Position numbers and translations under genes: made by a program | Source of the DNA: a virus | Strand: one strand, 5' to 3' | IMG/VR virus record: IMGVR_UViG_3300027419_000023 | DNA length: 64,000 nt | Notes under the pieces: model-generated | What the model saw: only the letters and a program-made list of their open reading frames with translations | The model's database searches: none | What the model was told of the DNA's origin: nothing | Part shown: piece by piece, positions 46,564 to 55,973 of the stretch | How positions within the stretch are numbered: position 1 is the first letter of the stretch | Layout: the number at the start of each line of letters is the position of its first letter

Positions 46564-49119
46564 TTAGTATGCACCGTATGTTCGGATACATTTCCCTATG
46601 ATGTTCTTTACCGCTCGTTCGAACGCGAAATCGTCTAAATAACGGCCATTATTAGAACTATTATTAGCATTGTATTCCATTTGCACGATGATGGTCGGAC
46701 TGCTTTCTTTGTTGGTTACGGTATTCGAAGATAAATCCTCTAGCAACGATATTAAATTAGAATCCCGGGCAACTTCAGCCGGCACAATAGGTTCTCCATT
46801 ATCGACCCATGCCATACCAGACTTTGTAACTTCGCCTCCGATTGCGTTCTTAGTAATATAATTATAGAGATTTTTTCCGCCGCTGTAAAGAGATTTAGCT
46901 CCTGTAACAAACGGAGTCATTACTGACCAATCAGCAGCTGCGGTACCGGAGAGTCCTTTGTCTAAATTTTCTTGCGTTTTCTTGGTACGTTCTGAAGTAT
47001 CTTCTTCAAGTCCTGTTTTTATGCCAGATGCTAAGGCGTCTGCTGATCCAGATGGGCTAATACCGCCGGTTAGCACACCCTTCGGTTTATTTAGTGAATC
47101 TGCGATTTTCTTAACTTCTTCTTTCATAGATTCTGTTATGCCTAAAGCAGTAGACATTTCAGGAGTTACTGATTTGTCTCCGGTAGCGTATTTTGCTAAG
47201 TAATCTATTTGTTCGGGTGACAATCCTCGGAGAGACGTACCTGGATTTGCACCGAAAGCATAATCCTCGACACGTTTAGAAATTTCGGTGCTAACAGCTT
47301 CGGTAAGTGCGGAACCAGTCTTTCCTTCGCCTCCGATAAGATAGGATACTAACTTTTCAACCCAGTCCCAGATAGCTTTCAGTGGCGCATAAACATACTT
47401 GTAAAATATTCCAGAAAGGTATTCTACGAATTCTCGTACTTTCTTTAGCAAGTCCCTTATCTGCTCGGCAAAGTCAATTAATTTATATAGGGGAACTCCA
47501 AGTAGCCGTATTATCGTAGTTATGAAGCTGGTACCAGAAAATATTTCGCTTAGTGCTCCTTTTATTCCGCTAGCACTAAAGTCCCATTTGATGGAGGGTA
47601 ACTTGATGTCGGTTAGAGTTTTCCAAGCTCCGGCAAAATCTCCGGAGATAGCTTTCTTGAACGAATTAATTATAGGTTGCAGTATGCCAAATTTATTTGC
47701 AATGAGTGCTAGGACTCCGACAATCAATGCTCCAGCCGCAATAAAAGGTAGCAACGGAGTTAGAGCAGCCCAAATACCAGTTGCTAGACCATATGCCCCT
47801 ATTGTTGCGACTCCTTCAGCACTGGCTAGTCCTAATAAGCTAGAAATTCCAAGGAAGTTAGCCGCACTATTTGCGTAAGTTACTGTGGTATCCCATATTT
47901 TAGCGCCTACTAATCTCAGTCTTGTAGCAAGTGACACGTTTTGGGCTACGGTAGTTAATTCCGTTACAGCAAATTCGCCTTCCATGGCCCCGGTTAGCAT
48001 CGCTTGGGCTCCCGCATCTACGACCGTTGCAGAAGCATTACTGGTATGAAGTAATGTCTGTATGCCCGTGATAATATTGAGGGCTTTCATTACATTGTAT
48101 AGTGGTGTTAATACTCCTATTACCAAGCTGAGTGCAGAAGCTAATGCTAGACTTGCTCCTATTAGTCCAATTAGAGCAGGAAGTCCTGGTATTTTTGAGA
48201 GTTTTTCTACAATAACAGCAATTACATTTGTCAAACTGACAAGTGGACCAGCAATACTGTCACCAATAGCATACTTTAGTTTACTGACGTTGACTTCTAG
48301 TTGCTCCCATGGACGCTTTTCCATTTCAACTTTCATGTTGACGGTAGCGCCTTGTTCCATGAAGTATTTCATTCTAGCTTTCGCTGATTTCATAGAAGCA
48401 TCGTCGGGACTAACACCCATAGCAGTTGCGAACTTGGTACCAAAACGTCCAGACATTTTACCTTCTGTCATTATGGCACGTTGTACCATTTGCTCAGCAC
48501 TGCCGATGCCTTGTTCTTGCATCATTTCCTGATGCTTGAAGTAGAAATCAGTGATAGCGTCAGCTTGACTTAATTTTGTTTCTCCAGTACCTTTGAAAAA
48601 TTTTGAACCTGCTGTTAGAACAGAATACATTTCTTTAACAGTATCCTGTTTAGTACCTTCACCTGCTTCTGCTTGTCCTTTCACGAACTTGTCTAGTTCT
48701 TCGTAAGATATGCCAAGCTTCCTGTTATTGGTAATTGCTTCCTTTACTTGTTCGTTGTATAATTTAGCTTCTGCTGATTGTTTCCATGCTAAGCCAGATA
48801 AAGTACCGCCAATTGCAATGCCGGCTAACGACGTGGCCATAGTTTGGATGCTGCCTTGGAGGTCAGTTAGTGATGACTTGACGTTCCCGAACGCAGAAGT
48901 CATCTTGCTGGTTAGAGATGAGGTGGCCGAAGAAACCCTATCAGTGCTCCCAGACAACTTATCCATGCTACTAGCGGCTTGAGAAGGTCCACTGGCATCA
49001 ACTTTCTTGCTGGACAACCCATCTAGTTTTTTATTGATCTCGTCGATACGAGCTTCTGGATTACCAGCTATCTCGACCAAAATTTGTACTGACCTACTAT
49101 AATCAGAAATATATATCAC
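46564..49119 (-). CDS. tape measure protein
   Basis: 851 aa, Ala/Leu-rich helical with TM segments; NAIGGEV...GEPIVP C-terminal motif; follows tube and chaperone genes. Confidence 0.9.
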   Translation of the reverse strand: MIYISDYSRSVQILVEIAGNPEARIDEINKKLDGLSSKKVDASGPSQAASSMDKLSGSTDRVSSATSSLTSKMTSAFGNVKSSLTDLQGSIQTMATSLAGIAIGGTLSGLAWKQSAEAKLYNEQVKEAITNNRKLGISYEELDKFVKGQAEAGEGTKQDTVKEMYSVLTAGSKFFKGTGETKLSQADAITDFYFKHQEMMQEQGIGSAEQMVQRAIMTEGKMSGRFGTKFATAMGVSPDDASMKSAKARMKYFMEQGATVNMKVEMEKRPWEQLEVNVSKLKYAIGDSIAGPLVSLTNVIAVIVEKLSKIPGLPALIGLIGASLALASALSLVIGVLTPLYNVMKALNIITGIQTLLHTSNASATVVDAGAQAMLTGAMEGEFAVTELTTVAQNVSLATRLRLVGAKIWDTTVTYANSAANFLGISSLLGLASAEGVATIGAYGLATGIWAALTPLLPFIAAGALIVGVLALIANKFGILQPIINSFKKAISGDFAGAWKTLTDIKLPSIKWDFSASGIKGALSEIFSGTSFITTIIRLLGVPLYKLIDFAEQIRDLLKKVREFVEYLSGIFYKYVYAPLKAIWDWVEKLVSYLIGGEGKTGSALTEAVSTEISKRVEDYAFGANPGTSLRGLSPEQIDYLAKYATGDKSVTPEMSTALGITESMKEEVKKIADSLNKPKGVLTGGISPSGSADALASGIKTGLEEDTSERTKKTQENLDKGLSGTAAADWSVMTPFVTGAKSLYSGGKNLYNYITKNAIGGEVTKSGMAWVDNGEPIVPAEVARDSNLISLLEDLSSNTVTNKESSPTIIVQMEYNANNSSNNGRYLDDFAFERAVKNIIGKCIRTYGAY

Positions 49120-49123
49120 CTTA

Positions 49124-50050
49124 TTATAATATATGGTTACCGAGTAAAATTATCTCATAAAGGTCAGTACATATAGGAAAACTTTCTAAATCAATTATAT
49201 CTTTTTCTCTTATTATTTGTAAATTAATATTAGAATATATGACAAAAAATATTTCTAATTTTTGCTTCGCTTTTTCGTGCATCCAGCCTTTAACTTCCCA
49301 CCACATATCTAGTTCAGGAAGATAAAAATCTGGAAGGTAGGTTGTATTTAATTCTGGTATATCAAACGTTTTAGATTCGTATTCCCAATGTATTCCTAAT
49401 TTATCTAACATTGTAGCTACGCGAATTTCGTATGAAGAACGAAGCCATATATTATTGCCATCTATTTTTGTATACCAATTTCCTTTCGATTTATAAGTAT
49501 TATAAGACGGGCCGGGCGGATGTCCTTTCCGTCCACGCAACTTTTGTTTTTGTTCTTCTGTCCAGCTTTTTCCATACAAAGGATGATCTTTACCTTTTGG
49601 AAATACTCGATGAGACATCTTTTCCCTAAAATCAGGATTTTTCCATAATTCAGTAAACCTATCAGAAAATCCTTTTTTAACTTCTTCTATATTCGATCTT
49701 CGTTTACTAGATATGGATAATTGTTCTGAATAACTTCTGATTGGTATATCAAATTCTTTTAATTGTGTTCTTATTTTATGCGGTGGTAAATGCAAAAGGT
49801 TGCTACTTATATGTGTTATAGACAATTGGTCAATATAATATTTTTCATATAGCCAGTCATAGTTTTGTAATAGTTTCATAGATTTTTCTATTTCAGATTT
49901 ATCCTTTCCATTACACGTTGCTCTAGCTGGTAAACCAAAAAACTTTAATGCTTTACTAACATCTGTTTGATATACGCCTAATTCGTCTGCTATACTGCTC
50001 ATGGGACGTTTATTGATTATATATTCAGTTTCTAACCACTCCTTACCCAT
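49124..50050 (-). mobile_element. free-standing homing-endonuclease-like gene (HTH x2, NUMOD3, PD-(D/E)XK)
   Basis: HPLYGKSWTEE, WLRSSYE...WEYE...YLPDFYLP...WEVKG. Confidence 0.8.
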
Positions 50051-50137
50051 TTTAATAACTTTATCTATATTTCTTATTATATGTTTATTAGACGTATAAT
50101 CCGCTCCTCTATTGCATTGATTTAAATAAAAAATTGG

Positions 50138-50419
50138 TTATTTTCCCTTGTTTACTATGGATAACCAACGTTGCTTGGCACTATCACTACATTTATCGTA
50201 TTGGAAGTTATCTGGTAGCTTGCCCTTAATCGCATTGATAAATTCTTTATGACTGTAAGTTCTAGGAGTCTTCTTACCAGATTTAGCTAGTGCGATAATT
50301 TCCTGCATTTTGGAAATAGAATCAATTTGCAGGCGTGTTAACTTACCTACAGGTAAATTACTTATTCGGTATCCACTATAATGGAGCCAGACAAGTTTTT
50401 GGCCTTCTGGCCCTTGAAA
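50138..50419 (-). CDS. -1 frameshift extension (GT part) of the tail assembly chaperone
   Basis: Slippery T TTT TTC at 50422-50416; the -1 frame is open for 93 codons (FQGPEGQKLVWLHYSGY...VNKGK*). Confidence 0.75.
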   Translation of the reverse strand, partial: FQGPEGQKLVWLHYSGYRISNLPVGKLTRLQIDSISKMQEIIALAKSGKKTPRTYSHKEFINAIKGKLPDNFQYDKCSDSAKQRWLSIVNKGK

Positions 50420-50793
50420 AAATCCAAGAGTTCTTGACTGCCTACAGTAGAAATATTAATAACTTCGCGTCCGATTTCGATAAGTGCATTACCTAGCATT
50501 AGTTCGAAGACTTCAAGAGTTTTCTTTTTGCCGGGTTCGTCGATATCGTCGATTTCTATGCGTTCGTGTAGGGCTGGATCTACGATACCGTAGCGACATG
50601 CTTCCAATTGCAAAATGTAGTTGTCGGACAACTTCGGATCAGTGGTCGAAAAACCAGAGTTTTCTACCGTTTTGAAAACTTTAGCAATTTCCAGTTCGCT
50701 AAGAGGTTTTATTTCAACGTCCTCGTCATACATAGTCAAGTGAACGTTCTTTCGGAACTTGGTTCCTTCTAAAATTAATTCTTTTGATATCAT
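50362..50793 (-). CDS. tail assembly chaperone (G)
   Basis: Between the tube and tape measure genes; VEIKPLS; slippery site near the 3' end. Confidence 0.8.
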   Translation of the reverse strand: MISKELILEGTKFRKNVHLTMYDEDVEIKPLSELEIAKVFKTVENSGFSTTDPKLSDNYILQLEACRYGIVDPALHERIEIDDIDEPGKKKTLEVFELMLGNALIEIGREVINISTVGSQELLDFFKGQKAKNLSGSIIVDTE

Positions 50794-50833
50794 ATATGAT
50801 TTTCCTTGCTTTATTTTATATTATATTTCTTAT

Positions 50834-51337
50834 TTATTTCGGTGTTCTGTACATTGCACTGAAGGAGTACTTCGTTGAGCACGTTGATCCAACGTTGCCA
50901 ACACTTAGTGAATCTCCAGTAAGTAGACATCTCTTAAATGTAACGATACCACTACCAGTTACCATAGTTGGTCCATCTTGCATTGACCGAGCATAATCTA
51001 GGCCAGTATCACTTATTACTATGTCGAATTCTCTGCCAAGACCACTGCCTTCATATGTTAAGTGTACTTTTATTAGGTCCATCCAAGTTGCTGGATTTTC
51101 TGAATCAGATACCCACCAGGTTCCGATTTCAAAGTCGCCTTTATAGTCTATTTTACCTTGGGTTTGTCCGTATTTTTCGTGGTTTCCGGTGCCGTATTCA
51201 GGAGTCACGTCAGTACTTTTCTGTACTGATATAGACTTCACTGGTATGGTATATGGGACACCATCAGATGCAGAAGTAAATGTAACATAAATATCACCTG
51301 GATCTTCCGCAACAATCGTATAAGAACTAATTGTCAT
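50834..51337 (-). CDS. tail tube protein
   Basis: Directly downstream of the sheath gene; EYGTG, GKIDYKG, FDIVI, FKRC. Confidence 0.8.
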   Translation of the reverse strand: MTISSYTIVAEDPGDIYVTFTSASDGVPYTIPVKSISVQKSTDVTPEYGTGNHEKYGQTQGKIDYKGDFEIGTWWVSDSENPATWMDLIKVHLTYEGSGLGREFDIVISDTGLDYARSMQDGPTMVTGSGIVTFKRCLLTGDSLSVGNVGSTCSTKYSFSAMYRTPK

Positions 51338-51366
51338 TTTACCTCTTTAAAATATTAAAAATATGG

Positions 51367-53049
51367 TTACTCGTCTGATACTTCGGTAACCACAGATGTA
51401 TCTTCATTTTCGTTTAAGATACCCACAGCGATGGTCTCATCGATACGCTCAATATGGCCAATATTTTCCATGCTAATGTCTACGAAGACTTTACCGGTGT
51501 CTGTATCAGACGGATAAACGTCAAGCTTATAAGCTCTAATGTTTTCGTTGCGTAGCAAATCTTGCAGAACGGACTCTATGGATGCTTTCATAGATGCCAT
51601 TACGGCATTAGTACGCTTCTCATGGAAATACTGTTGGGCAATTTCATTGGAACAAACAATAACCCAGTTAATGGTTCGGTTATCCACAGTTCGCAAGAAC
51701 TGCCATGTCTGATCGGTTGTGATTCCAACGTAAGGTCTAATTCCACGAGACTTAATGATGGCGTCTACAGAAGCATCAGTAGCTTGAGTAAGTGTATCCA
51801 CTTCATCTTGATCGAAAGTGTTAAGCAGACCTTTCAAGCCATTCATAGCGTTGCGCGGTAAAGCAGCACTTTCTCCAATAGCAACTGCGGCTTCTTTTCC
51901 TGCACGAGCACAAGCAATATTCTGGACCGTAGATGAGTTATCCCAGCTGTTTCCGACGATTGTAAGTAGCCTGTTAGAATATCCTGAAGCTAGGTCAAGT
52001 AATTGATCTACGGACAAGTTAGGAGCAGCTGCCACGAAACACTGACACGGATGGAACTTATTGGCCATTTCAGTTGCCCAACCGTCCAGTACTGGTATTA
52101 GGTCGTGAGTACCTTCCTCAACTTCATACTCGGTTAGACAGGCACATTGAGGTGCTCCGATCAGTTCAGCTGCAGCATTTCCGCCGACCCATAAGGCAGT
52201 TTCCCAGTCGTCGGTAGTAATCGTAGTTCCATCCAAGCCGCCTGTCAATCCATACGTGACATCAGCATCAATGGCTGGTAAATGAGTTTCTCCGACAATT
52301 GCTTCGGCTGTAACGAAGCCAATAGAATTTAATCGGGCCACTAACTTAACCAAACTTGAAATATTATCATAGGTATATGTGGTCTCATTATCGGATACCA
52401 CGATCTTGATCGTGTAATACTTCAAACTGTACGTTATTAAAGACGTAGCTGGAATTGCAGTACCAAAGGTTAAACTACCATTTACTGTATCAACATATAC
52501 TTGATCTGCGGACGGCGGACTTGTATAAGTAATTTCAGCATCGACGCCAGCTACTTTAACCCAATTAGCCGAATTCTGCATTAGGTTAGCATAACTAGTA
52601 TAGTATGGTCCTACAGTTCCGTCACCGGGCAACCCGTAATAAGATGTTTCAGTTGCCTTGTAACTTCCTTGCAATACTTTTACTGTGAGGGCGTTACCCC
52701 AGATACCAGGTGATGCAGCATCTATAGTAATGACGTCATTAGGTGTTGCTAGACCGTCATCCAAGGTAACTGTAGCCGTAGCATGACTGGTTCCTAGAAC
52801 ACGTACTGCGTAGACTACTGGTGCTCCTTGAGCAAATATTAGTTCTACTGCGTCTTTGAGACCACCGGAATAGAAGTAGCCCTTAGCTTCTGAGGAACTT
52901 GTCATTACGACAGCTTCGTCTACTGGTCCTCTAATGGATCGACCAACCACTAAGACAGTGCCTTTACCGACAATAACTGGTACTGGACCAACTGTCTCCA
53001 GCTTAATAATCAATCTCACAAATTGGTTTGGATTCCCGTATTCAACCAT
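51367..53049 (-). CDS. tail sheath protein
   Basis: GRSIRGP, YAVRV, SPGIWGN, LTGGLDG, RTVDNR, ERI; ATG 53049 after GGAG. Confidence 0.93.
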   Translation of the reverse strand: MVEYGNPNQFVRLIIKLETVGPVPVIVGKGTVLVVGRSIRGPVDEAVVMTSSSEAKGYFYSGGLKDAVELIFAQGAPVVYAVRVLGTSHATATVTLDDGLATPNDVITIDAASPGIWGNALTVKVLQGSYKATETSYYGLPGDGTVGPYYTSYANLMQNSANWVKVAGVDAEITYTSPPSADQVYVDTVNGSLTFGTAIPATSLITYSLKYYTIKIVVSDNETTYTYDNISSLVKLVARLNSIGFVTAEAIVGETHLPAIDADVTYGLTGGLDGTTITTDDWETALWVGGNAAAELIGAPQCACLTEYEVEEGTHDLIPVLDGWATEMANKFHPCQCFVAAAPNLSVDQLLDLASGYSNRLLTIVGNSWDNSSTVQNIACARAGKEAAVAIGESAALPRNAMNGLKGLLNTFDQDEVDTLTQATDASVDAIIKSRGIRPYVGITTDQTWQFLRTVDNRTINWVIVCSNEIAQQYFHEKRTNAVMASMKASIESVLQDLLRNENIRAYKLDVYPSDTDTGKVFVDISMENIGHIERIDETIAVGILNENEDTSVVTEVSDE

Positions 53050-53323
53050 AAATTTTACTCCATGAATTTTATAAAACTTCAATTAAAGTGGTCTTGACAT
53101 TATACCCATCCTTGAAGTATTTTTGATAGACCTCTTTTGATATTTTTCCAGCACGATAAGCCGAATAAACGCTCATCTTCCGCGGATCAGTAATCTTGTA
53201 ATTCTCGTTTTCCATAAAAGATACCTTATAATATTTATAATCAAATAAATGACTGAGATGTATTTTACGTCTAGTCACGATAAAATAGACAACCAAAAAG
53301 TATAAATAGTTAGAAGTGATAGG

Positions 53324-53524
53324 TTGCTTATTATGGCAATAAGAAAAAATCCAATAGCCTGGTTATTTGCATCACCAGGATTGTTCTTTATATTAGTAGG
53401 ATTGCAAAGTTTTTGGCTATCTATATTCGACTCAGACCATGTTATGTATTTTGGTCTTGGTCTCATATGCACGTCACTAGGTTACATATTCGCCTGGAAA
53501 TTTCTTTCGACTAATGCTCCTTAG
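53324..53524 (+). CDS. antisense-oriented two-TM membrane protein with its own promoter
   Basis: AACCAAAAAGTATAAATA at 53291-53308; hydrophobic 66 aa. Confidence 0.6.
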   Translation: MLIMAIRKNPIAWLFASPGLFFILVGLQSFWLSIFDSDHVMYFGLGLICTSLGYIFAWKFLSTNAP

Positions 53525-54243
53525 TCTGCTATTAATATCATGTCCATGACATTTGAAGTACTTGAACTACCGGCATGTAGTATCAAGTCGCATAATAAAT
53601 TAGAGTACCAACCTCTTACGCATACAGACATCTCGTACCATGGCGGATGAATGTTTACTAATTCTATATAGTCAGTTGGCTCGTAGGGTAGGCCAAAGTC
53701 GTATTCTATTGCATGGATATTTGGCGCATCATCAAGGACACTAAATTCGTATTCAACCCGGAAGTCAAATACAGCTGGATAGATCCAATGTTCGTCGGAA
53801 GCCCGAGCTTGAAAAGGTGGCAAGTAGTTAACTTTACCCGAGCCCGGTATAACTTTCATATAGTCGTCTGGCCAGTAAAATCCTAGACGATATAACTCGA
53901 TATCCGTTTGCAGATCGTAGAGCATTTGGTCTAGGGTTTCCGGGGTATCTTGGTCAGTTCCAGGTACGGAACTTTCAGCCATTAGTGTTATGCTGATCGA
54001 GGCTTGCTGGCGGTGTCCAATCCATTCGCGAGCATCTCCGTTGATACCAAGATAATCCTTGCGGATCGGACCTGCGGTATTAGGACCGACTCTTATGCCT
54101 TCGGAAAGAATTGCCAGACGCATCGACGGAAATGTAAAGTCATCGTTGCCCAAACGATCCTTACGGAGCTTTTTCACGGTTAGTTCAGCTAGTTCCGTGG
54201 GAATAGCATCCAATAGTCTGGCCCGTTGAGTTATCGAAAGCAT
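53521..54243 (-). CDS. putative tail terminator/completion protein
   Basis: Upstream of the sheath gene; FPSMRL, beta-rich. Inferred from context. Confidence 0.55.
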   Translation of the reverse strand: MLSITQRARLLDAIPTELAELTVKKLRKDRLGNDDFTFPSMRLAILSEGIRVGPNTAGPIRKDYLGINGDAREWIGHRQQASISITLMAESSVPGTDQDTPETLDQMLYDLQTDIELYRLGFYWPDDYMKVIPGSGKVNYLPPFQARASDEHWIYPAVFDFRVEYEFSVLDDAPNIHAIEYDFGLPYEPTDYIELVNIHPPWYEMSVCVRGWYSNLLCDLILHAGSSSTSNVMDMILIAD

Positions 54244-55973
54244 TAAGGTACAACCTCCTGGGTTCTGGAGTCATAAGGCACATACGGGATATCATCGTAT
54301 CGAATGTCAGGAGCTTGTGGCGTATATTTCGCAATGGTTGTTAATATTTGTTCCACATGATCGTCTATTAGTTTGGTTTCCATACTGTAAGTTTTATCAA
54401 CGGAATCGAATAGTAACACATCGTAATATATGCTTATTAATACTGATTTCTGTACCGGTATCTGGATGGGACAATCAAAAGTATTTCTGTTTGCCATAGC
54501 TAAATAATCATCTAAGGTCTTCTCAAAGGTGTCTTGAATTAGCTGGCTAGATAAGTAACTTTTTGACATGCTTTTTTTGCCTAAGATATCAAAGGTATAA
54601 GATTTAGTCTTTGCTTTTTTCGTTAATATATCCAGTGGTAAGTTTGATGTCTTTAATTTCTTTAGAAGTATATCCCGTACGGAATTCTTAGTCTTTCTAA
54701 AAGAAACCAATAAGTCATAATCAGAGGATATGCAACGTATTGTTTTATTGTACTCTATGACATACTTTCCGGAATTGTGGCAGGCAGAACCTACCCAAGT
54801 TGACTTCGTCCAATACTCTTCATCCCAGACTTGTTGGCCTTTTCCTGAAATAATTTCTTGGGTTGGATCGCCTTCATAGACAGTAACATTATTATAATTT
54901 AATGTACTCCATATCCAACCGGCATCAATAGAGTACTTTACGATAGGCCTATTATTAGAATCATAGCTACATACAACAGCTAATTTATCTTTCTCAGATG
55001 AACCCGGTCTCAACACGTCATAGGATGATATTACTCCACTATCAAGGTTAGCAAATGGTAGCGTAAATATGGTCTTCCATACATAACCAGTTCTATTTTC
55101 AAAACATTCTTGACCAGAATAGGCATACATTACTTGGTTGGTATTAAGTTTTAGGACTCTGGCCATTACAGCGGTTTCATCTAGGGTAGTTCCGCTTGTA
55201 TCAGTCATTATCAATTGCAAGATTCTTGTATTATATAGAGGACTAAATAATTGAGAACCACCCCAACCCTGAGTCGCTGAGCCTTCCCAATAAGCCCATG
55301 CTGTTCCCCAGCCTTGAAGATGAGTAAACCAAGTTTGTCCGAGATCATCGGAAATATTAAGGTAGGGCCCGAATCCTACGAATACTGTTTGACCTACTCC
55401 GGCAAGAGCTGGGTATGCCCATCCTGACCATACAAAATTCTTTGTCTCACTTGGATCATGCTGTCCTTTTGATGTCCAGCCGGTCTTCGTAAGAACTTTG
55501 CTCCACGACCTAGCAAAATCGTAAGACCTCCATATGGATGTTCCGTCATGCGCGAACAGCACATCGTCACTGATATTTATTACGGCTTTACAGTTAGGTG
55601 CGAACGTAGATATCGCAGTCCAAGTATATCCCGAATCTAACTTAGATTCTATCCAACCAGCCGAAGTACTTGCAATTACCCAGCCATAATCAATAAGATT
55701 TAGTGTATATATTTTTCCAGGAGTATTATAAACTTGCTCCCATGATTTGCCCATGTTTTTGGTTCTATAGATTGAGTACGATCCGTCCAACATCTTGACA
55801 ATGCAAATATGGTATTGACCAAAAACATGTATTGGCTGCTGGATTTCGTCTATTGCACCGGGAAATGGTTCAGATTTCCACCAGTCCGAAAAATTTGTCG
55901 TATCAAAAGTACCTAGGATAAAATTCTTTCCCTCGGCAATAGAAAGCACAACAGGTCTCAATTTATGCACCAA
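54243..55973 (-). CDS. virion protein with BNR/Asp-box beta-propeller and C-terminal 14-aa repeats
   Basis: RTKNMGKSW, SDDLGQTW, SIDAGWIW Asp boxes. Confidence 0.75.
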   Translation of the reverse strand: MVHKLRPVVLSIAEGKNFILGTFDTTNFSDWWKSEPFPGAIDEIQQPIHVFGQYHICIVKMLDGSYSIYRTKNMGKSWEQVYNTPGKIYTLNLIDYGWVIASTSAGWIESKLDSGYTWTAISTFAPNCKAVINISDDVLFAHDGTSIWRSYDFARSWSKVLTKTGWTSKGQHDPSETKNFVWSGWAYPALAGVGQTVFVGFGPYLNISDDLGQTWFTHLQGWGTAWAYWEGSATQGWGGSQLFSPLYNTRILQLIMTDTSGTTLDETAVMARVLKLNTNQVMYAYSGQECFENRTGYVWKTIFTLPFANLDSGVISSYDVLRPGSSEKDKLAVVCSYDSNNRPIVKYSIDAGWIWSTLNYNNVTVYEGDPTQEIISGKGQQVWDEEYWTKSTWVGSACHNSGKYVIEYNKTIRCISSDYDLLVSFRKTKNSVRDILLKKLKTSNLPLDILTKKAKTKSYTFDILGKKSMSKSYLSSQLIQDTFEKTLDDYLAMANRNTFDCPIQIPVQKSVLISIYYDVLLFDSVDKTYSMETKLIDDHVEQILTTIAKYTPQAPDIRYDDIPYVPYDSRTQEVVP

